Shown here: positions 1 to 9,699 of the stretch, in pieces
How positions within the stretch are numbered: position 1 is the first letter of the stretch
Layout of the letters: each line of letters starts with the position of its first letter
Assembly (NCBI GenBank): GCA_964388185.1
Contig: CAYLYJ010000003.1
Coordinates: 1 to 52,700 of the forward strand
Length of the DNA stretch: 52,700 nucleotides
Source: an uncultured Coriobacteriaceae bacterium
GTDB taxonomy: Bacteria; Actinomycetota; Coriobacteriia; Coriobacteriales; QAMH01
Direction of reading: 5' to 3'
Program-made: the position numbers and the translations under genes
Notes under the pieces: generated by a model
Databases searched by the model: none
What the model saw: only the letters and a program-made list of their open reading frames with translations
Told to the model about the DNA's origin: nothing

Positions 1-1261
1 GTCCCACCGTCGTGCACTTGTGCTCGACATCATCGTCGACGCTCGTCTGCGTGAACACGGGGCTCGTCTCGGTGAGCCCGTAGCAGATGGTGATGTCGTG
101 CATGTTCATCTTGTCGATGACCTCCTGCATCGTGGCAGGAGGACACGGAGAACCGGCCATGATGCCCGTACGCAGGCTCGACATGTCGTACTTCTCGAAG
201 TCCGGATGGTTGAGCTCGGCAATGTACATGGTGGGAACTCCGTACACTGCGGTCGCCTTCTCGCGGTCGATGGCGCGCAAGACCATCTCGGCGTCGAAGT
301 CCTCGATACCGACGATGGTGCAGCGGTGCGTGAGAATGGCCATGATGCCGAGCACGCAACCGAAGCAGTGGAAGTACGGTACGGGCAGACACACGCGGTC
401 ATTGGGCGTGAGCTTCATGCCCTCGCCGATGAAGAAGCCATCGTTGAGGATGTTGCGATGCGTGAGCATGACGCCCTTGGGAAAGCCCGTCGTGCCGCTC
501 GTGTACTGCATCATGCAGCAGTCGTTGTTGTCGAAGGACCGGGTAACCTTGTCGAGTTCCTCGGCATCGACGTATTCGCCGAGCAGAAGCAGCTCGGGGA
601 CGCTGTAGAAGCCGCGGTGCTTCTCGGGCCCCATGTAGATGAGGTTCTTGAGGAAGGGGTATTCCTCGGTGTTGAGGTAACCGCGCTGCTGCGTGAGCGA
701 TTCCGGCACGAGCTCGCGGATGATTCCCTTGTAGTCAATGTCGCGATACTGGTCGATGATGCACAGTGCCTTCATGTCGCTTTGCTTGAGCACGTAGTCG
801 AGTTCGTTGGACTTGAAGACCGGGTTCATCGTGACCATGACGACGCCGATCTTGGCGCACGCGTACATGAAGGTGACCCAATCTGGGATGTTGCGTGCCC
901 ATACGCCCAGATGGTCGCCCGGACGCATGCCGATGTAGAGCATGCCGCGCGCGAGCAAGTCGCTGCGCTCGTTGAACTCGGCGTACGTCCAACGCAAGTC
1001 GCGGTCAGGATAGACCATGAACTCGTGATCGGGATCGATTTCAGTCTGGAAGCGCAGGTAATCGCCGAGCGTCATCTCGGAAAGCAATGGATAGTCCTGA
1101 TCGCCGAAGACAGGGACACTACCGTCCTCGCGGGCAGACGGCTGCATGATCTCTGCCGCCCGCTCAAGGCGAAAGTCAATCTCCTCCTGCGTCCATCCGT
1201 TTTCAGTGATGAGGTGGTCGGTGGCCATGTAGGCCGGCGACTCTTGAATGATTTTTGTCAT
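1..1261 (-). CDS. AMP-binding acyl-CoA synthetase/ligase (partial; 3' end runs off the window)
   Basis: Not in the ORF track because it has no stop in the window. Manual minus-strand translation from ATG at 1261 gives [11 protein letters not shown]..., the P-loop [25 protein letters not shown] and YGLTETSP. These are ANL-family motifs. Confidence 0.9.
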   Translation of the reverse strand, partial: MTKIIQESPAYMATDHLITENGWTQEEIDFRLERAAEIMQPSAREDGSVPVFGDQDYPLLSEMTLGDYLRFQTEIDPDHEFMVYPDRDLRWTYAEFNERSDLLARGMLYIGMRPGDHLGVWARNIPDWVTFMYACAKIGVVMVTMNPVFKSNELDYVLKQSDMKALCIIDQYRDIDYKGIIRELVPESLTQQRGYLNTEEYPFLKNLIYMGPEKHRGFYSVPELLLLGEYVDAEELDKVTRSFDNNDCCMMQYTSGTTGFPKGVMLTHRNILNDGFFIGEGMKLTPNDRVCLPVPYFHCFGCVLGIMAILTHRCTIVGIEDFDAEMVLRAIDREKATAVYGVPTMYIAELNHPDFEKYDMSSLRTGIMAGSPCPPATMQEVIDKMNMHDITICYGLTETSPVFTQTSVDDDVEHKCTTVG

Positions 1262-1279
1262 CGTCAGCACCAGCCCCCT

Positions 1280-1867
1280 CTAGACCGGCGTATACACGAC
1301 AGCGAGGAACTTGGCCTTCTGGCCGTCGTGCGCGCGCACTTCGTGCGGAACGATGGAATCGTAGTAAATGGATTCACCCGGGTGCAGCACAAAGAGCTCC
1401 TTGCCGTACTCGATCTCGATCTCGCCCTCCATGCCGTAGAGCCACTCCTCACCCTCGTGGCCGACGAGCTTGTGGCTCGTCTCGCCGGAAGGGTCGACGG
1501 TGATGATGAAGGGGTCGATATGGCGCGAGGGCTTGCCCGCCGCAAGGCTGAAGTAGGACAGGTCACCCGCATCGTTATTCGTCTCGAGACTCTTGAGGCG
1601 CGTGACCTCCTTCATCTGCTCCTGCGAGATGTAGAGTGGCCCACGGGCCTCGTCATCGTCCATGAGGGTGCCGAGGCGTACGCCAAGCGCACGCGTGATC
1701 TTGATAAGGGGTGCAAGCGAAGGCGGGAGTTCACCGTTTTCGAGACCCTGGATGGTCTCGATATCGCACTGGCAGCGATCCGCCAGGTCTTGCTGCGTAA
1801 GATGATGCGCCTCGCGCAGCGTCGTGATCTTCGTTCCCAGTTTGTTCTCGATTGCCTCTTCGCTCAT
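1280..1867 (-). CDS. XRE-family HTH transcriptional regulator with C-terminal cupin domain
   Basis: N-terminal HTH_3 (KITTLREAHHLTQQDLA...LENGELPPSL) and cupin (HEGEEWLYGMEG...GESIYYDSIVPH). Start placed at MSEE after an AAGGAGAAAGG RBS. Confidence 0.9.
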   Translation of the reverse strand: MSEEAIENKLGTKITTLREAHHLTQQDLADRCQCDIETIQGLENGELPPSLAPLIKITRALGVRLGTLMDDDEARGPLYISQEQMKEVTRLKSLETNNDAGDLSYFSLAAGKPSRHIDPFIITVDPSGETSHKLVGHEGEEWLYGMEGEIEIEYGKELFVLHPGESIYYDSIVPHEVRAHDGQKAKFLAVVYTPV

Positions 1868-1949
1868 TGCCTTTCTCCTTACCATTGATATCTCTCACGC
1901 GTCGCAAAAAGCATGCAGCGCGTAAATCCCATACAGTACCACGTACATT

Positions 1950-1984
1950 CAAGAACGGCTCCCCGCATTGAGGAGCCGTTCTTG
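1950..1984. terminator. 13-bp stem hairpin between the oxidoreductase operon and the XRE gene (terminator-like)
   Basis: CAAGAACGGCTCC-N9-GGAGCCGTTCTTG perfect inverted repeat just 3' of the gamma subunit stop. No strong U-tract follows. Confidence 0.6.
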
Positions 1985-2005
1985 GTTAGACCAATGTCAG
2001 GCTCC

Positions 2006-2542
2006 CTACAGTCCTATGCCAAGCTCAAGCGCAGCGAGGTTTTTCTCGACCATCGCGGCTTTGCGTGCTGGAACGGCCTTGCGAATGGCCGCGTCGAGCG
2101 TCTCACGCTGGCAAAACTGTGTCTCAGCCCAGAGCTTGCCCACGCACACGATGTTCGCGAGACCCTTGAGGCCCTCTTCCTCGGCAGCCGAAGTCGCGGG
2201 AATCATGAACGAGGTGATGTCGTCACGCACAGGACCATTGTTGGTAAGCGCGCTATCTATGACGATAATGCCGCCAGGCACGATATCGGCTTCGAACTTG
2301 TCGACGGAAGGCTGGTTCATCGCGATGACCGCCGTCGGATTGGTGATGAGCGGCGACCCGATGGGCTCGTCGGACAACGTGACCGAGCAGTTGGCGGTAC
2401 CACCGCGCATCTCGGGACCGTACGAGGGCAGCCACGAGACCTGACGATCCTCGATGAGACCCGTATACGCGATGACCTTGCCGCCGAAGAGCAGGCCCTG
2501 GCCACCGAATCCGGAGAGGATGAAGCGCATTTCCTTGCTCAT
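2006..2542 (-). CDS. 2-oxoacid:ferredoxin oxidoreductase gamma subunit
   Basis: SGFGGQGLLFGG and PSYGPEMRGGTANC motifs of the POR gamma family. Confidence 0.93.
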   Translation of the reverse strand: MSKEMRFILSGFGGQGLLFGGKVIAYTGLIEDRQVSWLPSYGPEMRGGTANCSVTLSDEPIGSPLITNPTAVIAMNQPSVDKFEADIVPGGIIVIDSALTNNGPVRDDITSFMIPATSAAEEEGLKGLANIVCVGKLWAETQFCQRETLDAAIRKAVPARKAAMVEKNLAALELGIGL

Positions 2543-3375
2543 TAGCGCGCACCTCCCTCGGCAACGATCTTGCTGTCCTTGGCGCGGTCGAGCGCCGCGG
2601 CGGCAACGCTCTCGTAGCCCTCGGCCAGCACGTCACGATACACGCCGAGCGGGTAGTACGGCAGCATGTTCTCGCGCATCCACTCGAAGGACTCCTGCGG
2701 CGTCATGCCCCAGTTGGTCGGACAGGTCGAGACGACCTCGACGAGCGAGTAGCCCACGCCGTCAACCTGGTTCTGGAACGCCTTCTTGATGGCCTTCTTC
2801 GCCTTGCGCACGTGCGCGGGCGTATCCACGGTGACGCGCTCGAGATACGCGGGGCCATCGAGCGTGGCAAGCAACTCGCAAATGCGCACGGGATAGCCGG
2901 CGCTCGAGGTGTCGCGACCGTAGGGCGAGGTCTGCGTAACCTGATGCGGCAGGCTCGTGGGAGCCATCTGGCCACCGGTCATGCCGTAAATCGCGTTGTT
3001 GATGAAGATGATGGTGATGTTCTCCCCGCGCGTGGCCGCGTGCACGGTCTCGGCCGTGCCGATGGAAGCGAGATCGCCATCGCCCTGATAGGCGAAGACG
3101 ACGTTATCCGGCAGCACGCGCTTGATGCCGGTCGCGACCGCAGGCGCGCGCCCATGAGCGGCCTCGACCATGTCGCAGCCGAAGAAGTTGTATCCCAGGA
3201 CGGAACAGCCGACGGGCGTGACGCCCACCGTCTTGCCCTCGATGCCGAGTTCGTCGATGGCCTCAGCGACCAGACGATGCACGATGCCATGCGTGCAACC
3301 CGGACAGAAATTGGTCACGACGGGCAGCAGCGCATCGGGACGTTCGAAAACGATCTTCTCTTCCTTCTCCGCCAT
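2542..3375 (-). CDS. 2-oxoacid:ferredoxin oxidoreductase beta (TPP-binding) subunit
   Basis: FCPGCTHG, HGRAPAVATG, GDGD...NNAIYGMTGGQ TPP motif, STCPTNW. Start at MAEKEEK; the ORF-track extension overlaps the alpha gene. Confidence 0.93.
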   Translation of the reverse strand: MAEKEEKIVFERPDALLPVVTNFCPGCTHGIVHRLVAEAIDELGIEGKTVGVTPVGCSVLGYNFFGCDMVEAAHGRAPAVATGIKRVLPDNVVFAYQGDGDLASIGTAETVHAATRGENITIIFINNAIYGMTGGQMAPTSLPHQVTQTSPYGRDTSSAGYPVRICELLATLDGPAYLERVTVDTPAHVRKAKKAIKKAFQNQVDGVGYSLVEVVSTCPTNWGMTPQESFEWMRENMLPYYPLGVYRDVLAEGYESVAAAALDRAKDSKIVAEGGAR

Positions 3376-3376
3376 G

Positions 3377-4441
3377 CTACTCACCCACTTTCTGATTAAG
3401 TGCAACGATGGCGTCAAGTACCTCGGCGGGCGTTGGAATGACGCCACCTGCACGACCGTAGAACTCGACCGGCGCACGACCAGCGACGACAAGGCGTACG
3501 TCATCGACCATCTGGCCCATGTTCATCTCTACCGAGAGGTAGCCCTTGGCATGACCGATCGTCTTCTCGAGCGCATCAACCGGGAACGGCCATAATGTAA
3601 TGGGACGGAAGAGGCCGGCTTTGATGCCCTGCTCACGGGCGGCGTTTACGGCATTGCGCGCAATACGCGCAGCAGCGCCAAATGCCACGACGACGATGTC
3701 GGCATCATCGCAAAGATACTCCTCGGAAAGCTGCTCGGTCGCCTTGATCTTGTCGTAACGCTCGTAGCGGTCGCGGTTGGTTTGGTCGAGCAAATCGGCG
3801 TCGAGGTAGAGGGAGTTCGCGATGTTGTGCTCGCGTTCGCCCTTGGTACCCGTGCACGCCCATGGCTTATCGGGAATGCTTTCTTTTTGCTCGGGCAGCT
3901 CGACCGGTTCCATCATCTGGCCCAGCAGTCCGTCGAGCAAGATCATGACCGGCGTGCGATACTCGTCCGCAACGTCAAACGCCTTGGCGACGTAGTCGGC
4001 CATCTCCTGTACGGTCGAGGGTGCGTAGACGACCATCTGAAAATCGCCGTGGCCCAAAGCACGCGTTGCCTGCCAGTAGTCTGACTGAGAAGGCTGAATG
4101 GAGCCCAGGCCCGGACCACCACGCATGACGTTGATGATGACGGCGGGCAAATCGGCACCGGCGATGTAGGAAACGCCCTCGCTCTTGAGCGAAATGCCCG
4201 GAGACGAAGAGGAAGTCATGACACGTGCACCGGCGGCCGCTGCACCATACACCATGTTGATAGCCGCAACCTCACTCTCGGCCTGCAGGAAGGTTCCGCC
4301 GATCTTGGGCATGTGCTTAGACATGTAAGCGGAAAGCTCGGTCTGCGGTGTGATGGGATATCCGAAGAAGTACTTGCATCCGGCGCGCATCGCGCTTTCT
4401 GCCAGCACTTCGTTTCCCTTCATGAGCACTTTCTCTGACAT
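3377..4441 (-). CDS. vorB: 2-oxoacid:ferredoxin oxidoreductase alpha subunit (3-methyl-2-oxobutanoate dehydrogenase VorB-like)
   Basis: MKGNE..AE, GYPITPQ, QAESE, TSSSSPGISLK and RGGPGLGSIQPSQSDY, typical of Vor-type alpha subunits. Start at MSEKVL. Confidence 0.9.
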   Translation of the reverse strand: MSEKVLMKGNEVLAESAMRAGCKYFFGYPITPQTELSAYMSKHMPKIGGTFLQAESEVAAINMVYGAAAAGARVMTSSSSPGISLKSEGVSYIAGADLPAVIINVMRGGPGLGSIQPSQSDYWQATRALGHGDFQMVVYAPSTVQEMADYVAKAFDVADEYRTPVMILLDGLLGQMMEPVELPEQKESIPDKPWACTGTKGEREHNIANSLYLDADLLDQTNRDRYERYDKIKATEQLSEEYLCDDADIVVVAFGAAARIARNAVNAAREQGIKAGLFRPITLWPFPVDALEKTIGHAKGYLSVEMNMGQMVDDVRLVVAGRAPVEFYGRAGGVIPTPAEVLDAIVALNQKVGE

Positions 4442-4446
4442 CGTGC

Positions 4447-4653
4447 CTACCTCCATACCGTAATCGCAACGTCGGGGCACATGAGCGCACAAGAGCAGCA
4501 TCCCGTGCAGGCATCCATGTCGATGCAATGCGCCGGATGATAGCCCTTGTCTGTTATCTTGTCCTGGTCGAGCTCGACAATGTGCAGCGGGCATGCATCG
4601 ACGCAAAGGCCACAGCCCTTGCAAAATGCATCGTCAACGATCATTTTCGCCAT
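4447..4653 (-). CDS. 2x[4Fe-4S] ferredoxin (oxidoreductase delta subunit)
   Basis: CKGCGLCVDACP and CTGCCSCALMCP dicluster motifs, with KGYHPA between them. Confidence 0.93.
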   Translation of the reverse strand: MAKMIVDDAFCKGCGLCVDACPLHIVELDQDKITDKGYHPAHCIDMDACTGCCSCALMCPDVAITVWR

Positions 4654-4677
4654 GTGTAAGCTCCTCTCTCGACTCGA

Positions 4678-5400
4678 TCATTCCCAGGGATTCTTGACAT
4701 GTAAACGTACAGGATAGACCAATGGGGCATATTTCGTACCTGTAAAAACTTGTTCCGTATCCCCAACGAGCCCTTCGGGGACGGTCTTTGCCACGAGAGG
4801 TAAACCGGATAACTCGGAAACCGTCTCGGCATATCCGTCGTCGTCACGCAAGGCGATCTCGTCGGTCTCGTCCTTGAGATGGGCGTTGTCGACCAGACCC
4901 GTCGCATGCAGATGCGTCGCAGCCTCGATCTCACGCAGGTTCTGAACGGCCTCGACAGGATCTGCCATGAGATTGCGGTGACGATTGAGGACATACAGCA
5001 TCGCATGCGAATGTGCTTGCACCACCCGCGAGAAGCGACCAAGCGCCGTGGCGCCCACATCGTCGCCACCCAAATCGACGATGACGAGATGCTCGTCATC
5101 CGCATCCTCGAGCGCGGGCATGATGGCGCCCGTGAGGCTCGGCACGTCGAGGCTCGTCCCGGCCTCCGAGAACACCGGTGCGACAAGATGCGCGCCAGCT
5201 TGCTCGAGCAGGCCGCGCTGCTCGCTCGCGCGGAAGTACGGGTTGACGATGTCGAGATCGACGAGCGTCACCGCACGTCGATCGCGCACGAGGTCGAGGG
5301 CGAGGTTGACGGAAAGATTGGTCTTGCCCGCTCCGTAATGACCAGCGATGATCGTGATGGAGGCGAGAGCCGCCTCGAGCGCGTTCGGCAGGCAGCCCAT
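4678..5400 (-). CDS. P-loop ATPase (ParA/MinD/CobQ-like), uncharacterised
   Basis: Walker A GHYGAGKT, DLDIVNPYFR and DLGGDD. Its start codon overlaps the ligase stop. Confidence 0.8.
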   Translation of the reverse strand: MGCLPNALEAALASITIIAGHYGAGKTNLSVNLALDLVRDRRAVTLVDLDIVNPYFRASEQRGLLEQAGAHLVAPVFSEAGTSLDVPSLTGAIMPALEDADDEHLVIVDLGGDDVGATALGRFSRVVQAHSHAMLYVLNRHRNLMADPVEAVQNLREIEAATHLHATGLVDNAHLKDETDEIALRDDDGYAETVSELSGLPLVAKTVPEGLVGDTEQVFTGTKYAPLVYPVRLHVKNPWE

Positions 5401-7175
5401 CAGACCAGACCGTCCTTGTTCTCGTTCTCGTCGTTATCGCGAATCGCGGCACGGCGGATCTTGCCGTTGACCGTCTTGGGAAGCTCGTCGACATAGGCAA
5501 CGATACGCGGGAACTTGTACGGCGCGGTACGGCGCTTGACCCAACGCTGCAGCTCCGTGGTGAGCGCGTCGGATGGCGCGTAGCCGTCGGCAAGCACGAT
5601 GGTCGCCTTGACGGCCTTGCCACGTACGGGATCAGGTACGCCCGTGACGGCGCACTCGCGCACCGCATCGTGCTCGAGCAGCACGCTCTCGATCTCGAAG
5701 GGGCCGATGCGATAACCGCTCGACTTGATGACGTCATCGTTGCGGCCGACGTACCAGAAGAAGCCGTCCTCGTCGCTCCAGCACATGTCACCCGTGTGAT
5801 ACCAGCCATCGTAGATGGCATCGTCGGTCTTCTCCGGGTTGCGGTAGTACTCCATCATGATGCCCTCGGGACGCGGGTCCATCTTGATGCAGATCTCGCC
5901 CGTCTCACCCACATCGCAGCGGCTCCCGTCATCGCGCTTTATCTCGAGCTCGTAGAGCGGGTTGGGCCTGCCCATCGAACCGGGGCGCGGAACCGAATGA
6001 GTAAGGTTCGCACAGGTGAGCGGCGTCTCGGTCTGTCCGAAGCCCTCGAAGATCGTGAGGCCGGTATTGGCCTTCCAAAAGTCGAAGAGGTCGGGATTGA
6101 GTGCCTCTCCGGCCGTGGTGGAGTACTCGAGCGAGGAAAGATCGAAACGCTCGAAATCCTCCTGCATCATCAGACGATACATCGTGGGCGGACAGCACAG
6201 CGTCGTGATCTGATACTTGTCGATGAGGTCGAGAATCTCGGCCGGATGGAAACGGTCGAAGTCATACGTGAAGACGCACGCCTCCATGACCCACTGACCG
6301 TAGTACTTGCCCCACACGGCCTTGCCCCAGCCCGTATCGGCAATCGTAAAGTGAATGCCGTCGGGCCGTACGTTATGCCAATGCTTGGCGGTCGGGATAT
6401 GACCGAGCGCATAGGTCGAATTGTGCAGGACCATCTTGGGATTGCCCGACGTACCGCTCGAGAAGTACATGAGCATGGGGTCGTAGACGTTGGTCTGCAC
6501 GCGCTCGAAGTCTTGCGACGCGTTGCGCACACCGGTATTGAAGTCGATCCAACCGTCCCGGTCGATTGAAGCGGCGCAGATGCCCTCGGGACCGCTCAGC
6601 ACACTGCCGACAAGCGCGCCTTCCTCGACGTCGAGCTCGCCGTCCTCGGTGAACTTCGTCGTTCCTCCACCCGCGCCGTTCACGAGAACGAATGACTCGA
6701 CGCTCGGGCAGTTTTGGCGCACGTTATCGATAATGTCGGCAATATCGCCCACTGAGGTCGCGATGATTGCCTTGGCTTCAGAATTATTGAGGCGGTATTC
6801 GAGGTCATGTTCCTTGAGCATGAAGGTAGCGGGCACCATGATGGCACCGAGCTTGGCGAGCGCCGTCGCGATGAACCAGAACTGGTAGTGACGTCGGACG
6901 ATGACCATGACCATGTCGCCCTTGCCGATGCCGAGCGATTTGAGGAAGTTTGCCGTCTTATCCGACCAGGTCTTCATGTCCGCGAAGGTGAAGACATGCT
7001 CCTCGCCTTCCGGATTGCACCAGACCATTGCACGGCGGGCGGGGTCGTTCACGGCTATGTCGTCGACGATGTCATAGCCGAAGTTGAAGGTATCGGGATA
7101 GTGAAGCGAAAACGACTGAAGCGTCTTGTCCTTAGCGTAGGTCTCCTCTACGTAGCGCAGGTTTATGTTTCTCAT
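5400..7175 (-). CDS. AMP-forming acyl-CoA synthetase (acetyl-/short/medium-chain)
   Basis: YFSSGTSGNPKMVLH, EGFGQTET, YHTGD, GRNDDVIKSSGYRIGPFEIE and PKTVNGKI. Confidence 0.92.
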   Translation of the reverse strand: MRNINLRYVEETYAKDKTLQSFSLHYPDTFNFGYDIVDDIAVNDPARRAMVWCNPEGEEHVFTFADMKTWSDKTANFLKSLGIGKGDMVMVIVRRHYQFWFIATALAKLGAIMVPATFMLKEHDLEYRLNNSEAKAIIATSVGDIADIIDNVRQNCPSVESFVLVNGAGGGTTKFTEDGELDVEEGALVGSVLSGPEGICAASIDRDGWIDFNTGVRNASQDFERVQTNVYDPMLMYFSSGTSGNPKMVLHNSTYALGHIPTAKHWHNVRPDGIHFTIADTGWGKAVWGKYYGQWVMEACVFTYDFDRFHPAEILDLIDKYQITTLCCPPTMYRLMMQEDFERFDLSSLEYSTTAGEALNPDLFDFWKANTGLTIFEGFGQTETPLTCANLTHSVPRPGSMGRPNPLYELEIKRDDGSRCDVGETGEICIKMDPRPEGIMMEYYRNPEKTDDAIYDGWYHTGDMCWSDEDGFFWYVGRNDDVIKSSGYRIGPFEIESVLLEHDAVRECAVTGVPDPVRGKAVKATIVLADGYAPSDALTTELQRWVKRRTAPYKFPRIVAYVDELPKTVNGKIRRAAIRDNDENENKDGLV

Positions 7176-7192
7176 GGTTCCTTCTCATAATG

Positions 7193-7777
7193 CTAGATTA
7201 CCTGTTTGTCAGATGGCTCTATAACAACAGCCAAGAGTACGACCGGCTCGCCATCGAGGGCGAGAAGTCCATGACCTCGCGCCGAGTCGTACATGAGTAC
7301 GTCACCTGGGCCGCAATCTTCGGTATGACCCTCATACGAAAACCGAAGGTGGCCCGAGATAATGTAATCTAGCTCCTGCCCCTTATGATAGGAAAGGTGA
7401 ATGGGCTTGTCCTGGTCTTCCTCGACGTAGGGAATCGTGACGAGGAAGGGCTCGGCAAGCTTGTTGCCAAGATGTGGTGCCTTGTGCAAGTACTCGAACC
7501 CGGCATGGCGCTTGATCGAGAGGCCCTCGCCGGCGCGCACGAGCGAATAGCCGCGCAAATGCGGAGACTCGCCGGTGAGCAACTCGATGACGTCGACGCC
7601 AAAGACGTTCGCGCACTTATATAGGAAGGTGAAGGAAAGGTCCTCCTCGCCGGACTCCTGCGCCGCGTATTCGGCGACCGTACGTCCCGTGGCCTCGGCC
7701 ATTTCCTGGAGCGACAGGTCGAGATCCTCGCGCATCGAGCGAATCCGGTTGCTTATTTCCTTGATGTTCGGATTCAT
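7193..7777 (-). CDS. XRE-family HTH regulator with cupin domain
   Basis: RIRSMREDLDLSLQEMA...ESGEEDLS HTH; cupin HKGQELDYIISG...GDVLMYDSARGH. Confidence 0.9.
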   Translation of the reverse strand: MNPNIKEISNRIRSMREDLDLSLQEMAEATGRTVAEYAAQESGEEDLSFTFLYKCANVFGVDVIELLTGESPHLRGYSLVRAGEGLSIKRHAGFEYLHKAPHLGNKLAEPFLVTIPYVEEDQDKPIHLSYHKGQELDYIISGHLRFSYEGHTEDCGPGDVLMYDSARGHGLLALDGEPVVLLAVVIEPSDKQVI

Positions 7778-7812
7778 GGCGTTTCCCTTCCCTTCTGAAT
7801 GTAATGGTCACT

Positions 7813-7840
7813 TTTATACACCTTTACCGGGTGCATGCAA
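7813..7840 (-). promoter_or_regulatory. sigma70-type promoter for the XRE-ligase-Vor operon
   Basis: Minus strand TTGCAT-N16-TATAAA, about 35 nt upstream of the XRE start, in an AT-rich spacer. Confidence 0.5.
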
Positions 7841-7943
7841 GAAGAAATTCTAATTGGTGCATTTTTTTGGAGCTATGCCGAAACGACGCTTCCCATCTCT
7901 TTCACAAAGAAGCGCAGCATCAAGATGCGTCTAACGGCAGAAC

Positions 7944-9650
7944 TCACGAAAGCCGTTCGTTGACATGAGCCTCGAACGCATCAGGGTCCATGGGGCGAGC
8001 GCAGAAATACCCCTGGGCATAATCACATCCCACGGAATGAAGGAACTCGTACTGCTCCTTTGTCTCGACACCCTCCGCAATCACGGGAATACCCAGTGCA
8101 TGTGCCATATTCACGATGGAAGTGAACACACTTGCCACACGAGGATTGTGCTCGAGATTGCGCATGAAGACCATGTCGGCTTTGAGGATATCGACGGGAA
8201 TGTCACTAAAGGCGTTGAACGATGAGTACCCGCTGCCAAAATCATCCATGAGGACGGTGAAGCCATATTCTTGCAAGCGCGTGACCATGGAAACGACAAG
8301 GTCAATGTTCTCGGTATACGAGGATTCCGTGACCTCGATGCGGAACAATCTTGGCTCGATGCCATACTTCTCGACGAGGGCGACAATCTCGTCGTAGAGC
8401 GACGAATCGAAGATACTGCGGCGCGAGAGATTAACCGAAACGGGGATCTCGGGAAGACCGCGCTCATGGCGGCTGGCAAGAATCTGGCAAACTTGCTCCC
8501 AGATATTGTGATCCATCTTCGAGATAAAGCCGTTCTTCTCGAACAGTGGAACGAAAACGCCAGGGGAAACGATGCCGTGACCCGGACGGTTCCAGCGGAC
8601 GAGTGCCTCCGCACTTACGGGCTGATTTGAGTCAATGCCGTAGACGGGCTGAAGCTGCACGTGAAACTCACCATTGTCGAGCGCATGCTCCATATTGTTG
8701 AGAATGTCCTGCTCCTCGAGCATGCGGTCGGTGAGCTCGGAATTGTAATGGGCGATATGGCGATCGTAGTCGCCCTTGATGGTGTTGCGTGCCATCATCG
8801 CACGATCGAGCATAACGCTCGCCTCGACGTCGGTATCGTCGATGAGATAGACGCCCGTCGCAAGCGAAGGGGCAAAGTCAATGTTGCTCTGCGCGAGCAG
8901 CGCGTTGATGGCGTGGGTTATGCGCTCCATGACCTGCTCGACGTCGATCTCGCCTTCCCGGACGCAAAAAGCAAAGTTGTCGTTGCCCAAACGCCCATAA
9001 ACCCCGCCATTGGCGAACAGCTCACTCATGCAGCGTGCGGCCTCGACAAGTATCCTGTCGCCCAGCTCGGCACTGAAAAGCTCATTGAAGGACTTGAAGT
9101 TCTCGATATCCCAGACGGCGAGCAGATACTCCTCCTCGGGACGAGCATCAATCATGTTCTGCATCTCGCGCAGGAAGGCCTTACGCGTATAGAGCCCCGT
9201 AAGGTCATCATGGTCAGTAATCCAGGCAGCTTCCTCGAGCATGCGCACGCGCATGCGTTGCTCTTCGAGCTCACGAGCATTGATGACGAGGCTGATGCGA
9301 CGTCGCATGATTTCGGGCTCGATGGGCTTGGTGAGAAAGTCGGCGGCTCCCGCGTCAAGGGCATGAACCTCGGCGGCAGTCACGCTGTCAGCAGTGATGA
9401 CGATGACGGGGATGTCAGCGATGGCGGGATTTGCCTGCTTTTCGGCAAGCACGTCGAATCCGGTCTGGCCGGGCATATGCAAATCGAGCAGAACGGCATC
9501 AATGCCGTCTTCCCCATGCTCGCGCATGATTTCGAGAGCATCGCATCCATTGTCCGCCTCGAGAATGTTGTACTCGGAAGCGAGGATGCCACCCATCTGG
9601 ATACGATTGATAATCGAGTTATCAGCGATAAGGATGGTTTTATCGTGCAC
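7944..9650 (-). CDS. REC-GGDEF(degenerate)-EAL response regulator, probable c-di-GMP phosphodiesterase
   Basis: REC (LLDLHMP, ITA, TKP); GGDEF domain with DDLTGL and RLGNDNF; EAL domain with AEALVRW, DDFGSGYSS, EGVE and QGY. Confidence 0.92.
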   Translation of the reverse strand: MHDKTILIADNSIINRIQMGGILASEYNILEADNGCDALEIMREHGEDGIDAVLLDLHMPGQTGFDVLAEKQANPAIADIPVIVITADSVTAAEVHALDAGAADFLTKPIEPEIMRRRISLVINARELEEQRMRVRMLEEAAWITDHDDLTGLYTRKAFLREMQNMIDARPEEEYLLAVWDIENFKSFNELFSAELGDRILVEAARCMSELFANGGVYGRLGNDNFAFCVREGEIDVEQVMERITHAINALLAQSNIDFAPSLATGVYLIDDTDVEASVMLDRAMMARNTIKGDYDRHIAHYNSELTDRMLEEQDILNNMEHALDNGEFHVQLQPVYGIDSNQPVSAEALVRWNRPGHGIVSPGVFVPLFEKNGFISKMDHNIWEQVCQILASRHERGLPEIPVSVNLSRRSIFDSSLYDEIVALVEKYGIEPRLFRIEVTESSYTENIDLVVSMVTRLQEYGFTVLMDDFGSGYSSFNAFSDIPVDILKADMVFMRNLEHNPRVASVFTSIVNMAHALGIPVIAEGVETKEQYEFLHSVGCDYAQGYFCARPMDPDAFEAHVNERLS

Positions 9651-9699
9651 GTCGACTCCGCCCTGTCGCGGCTTGCATTACCTTGGATTTCATATCGGG

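Noticed and set aside
20-1888. Long plus-strand ORFs antisense to real genes (20..1888, 8661..9713, 17265..18482, 29871..31451, 44740..45966, 47543..48895 and others)
   Set aside because: Shadow ORFs from high-GC codon bias: they mirror well-supported minus-strand genes and carry no recognisable motifs.
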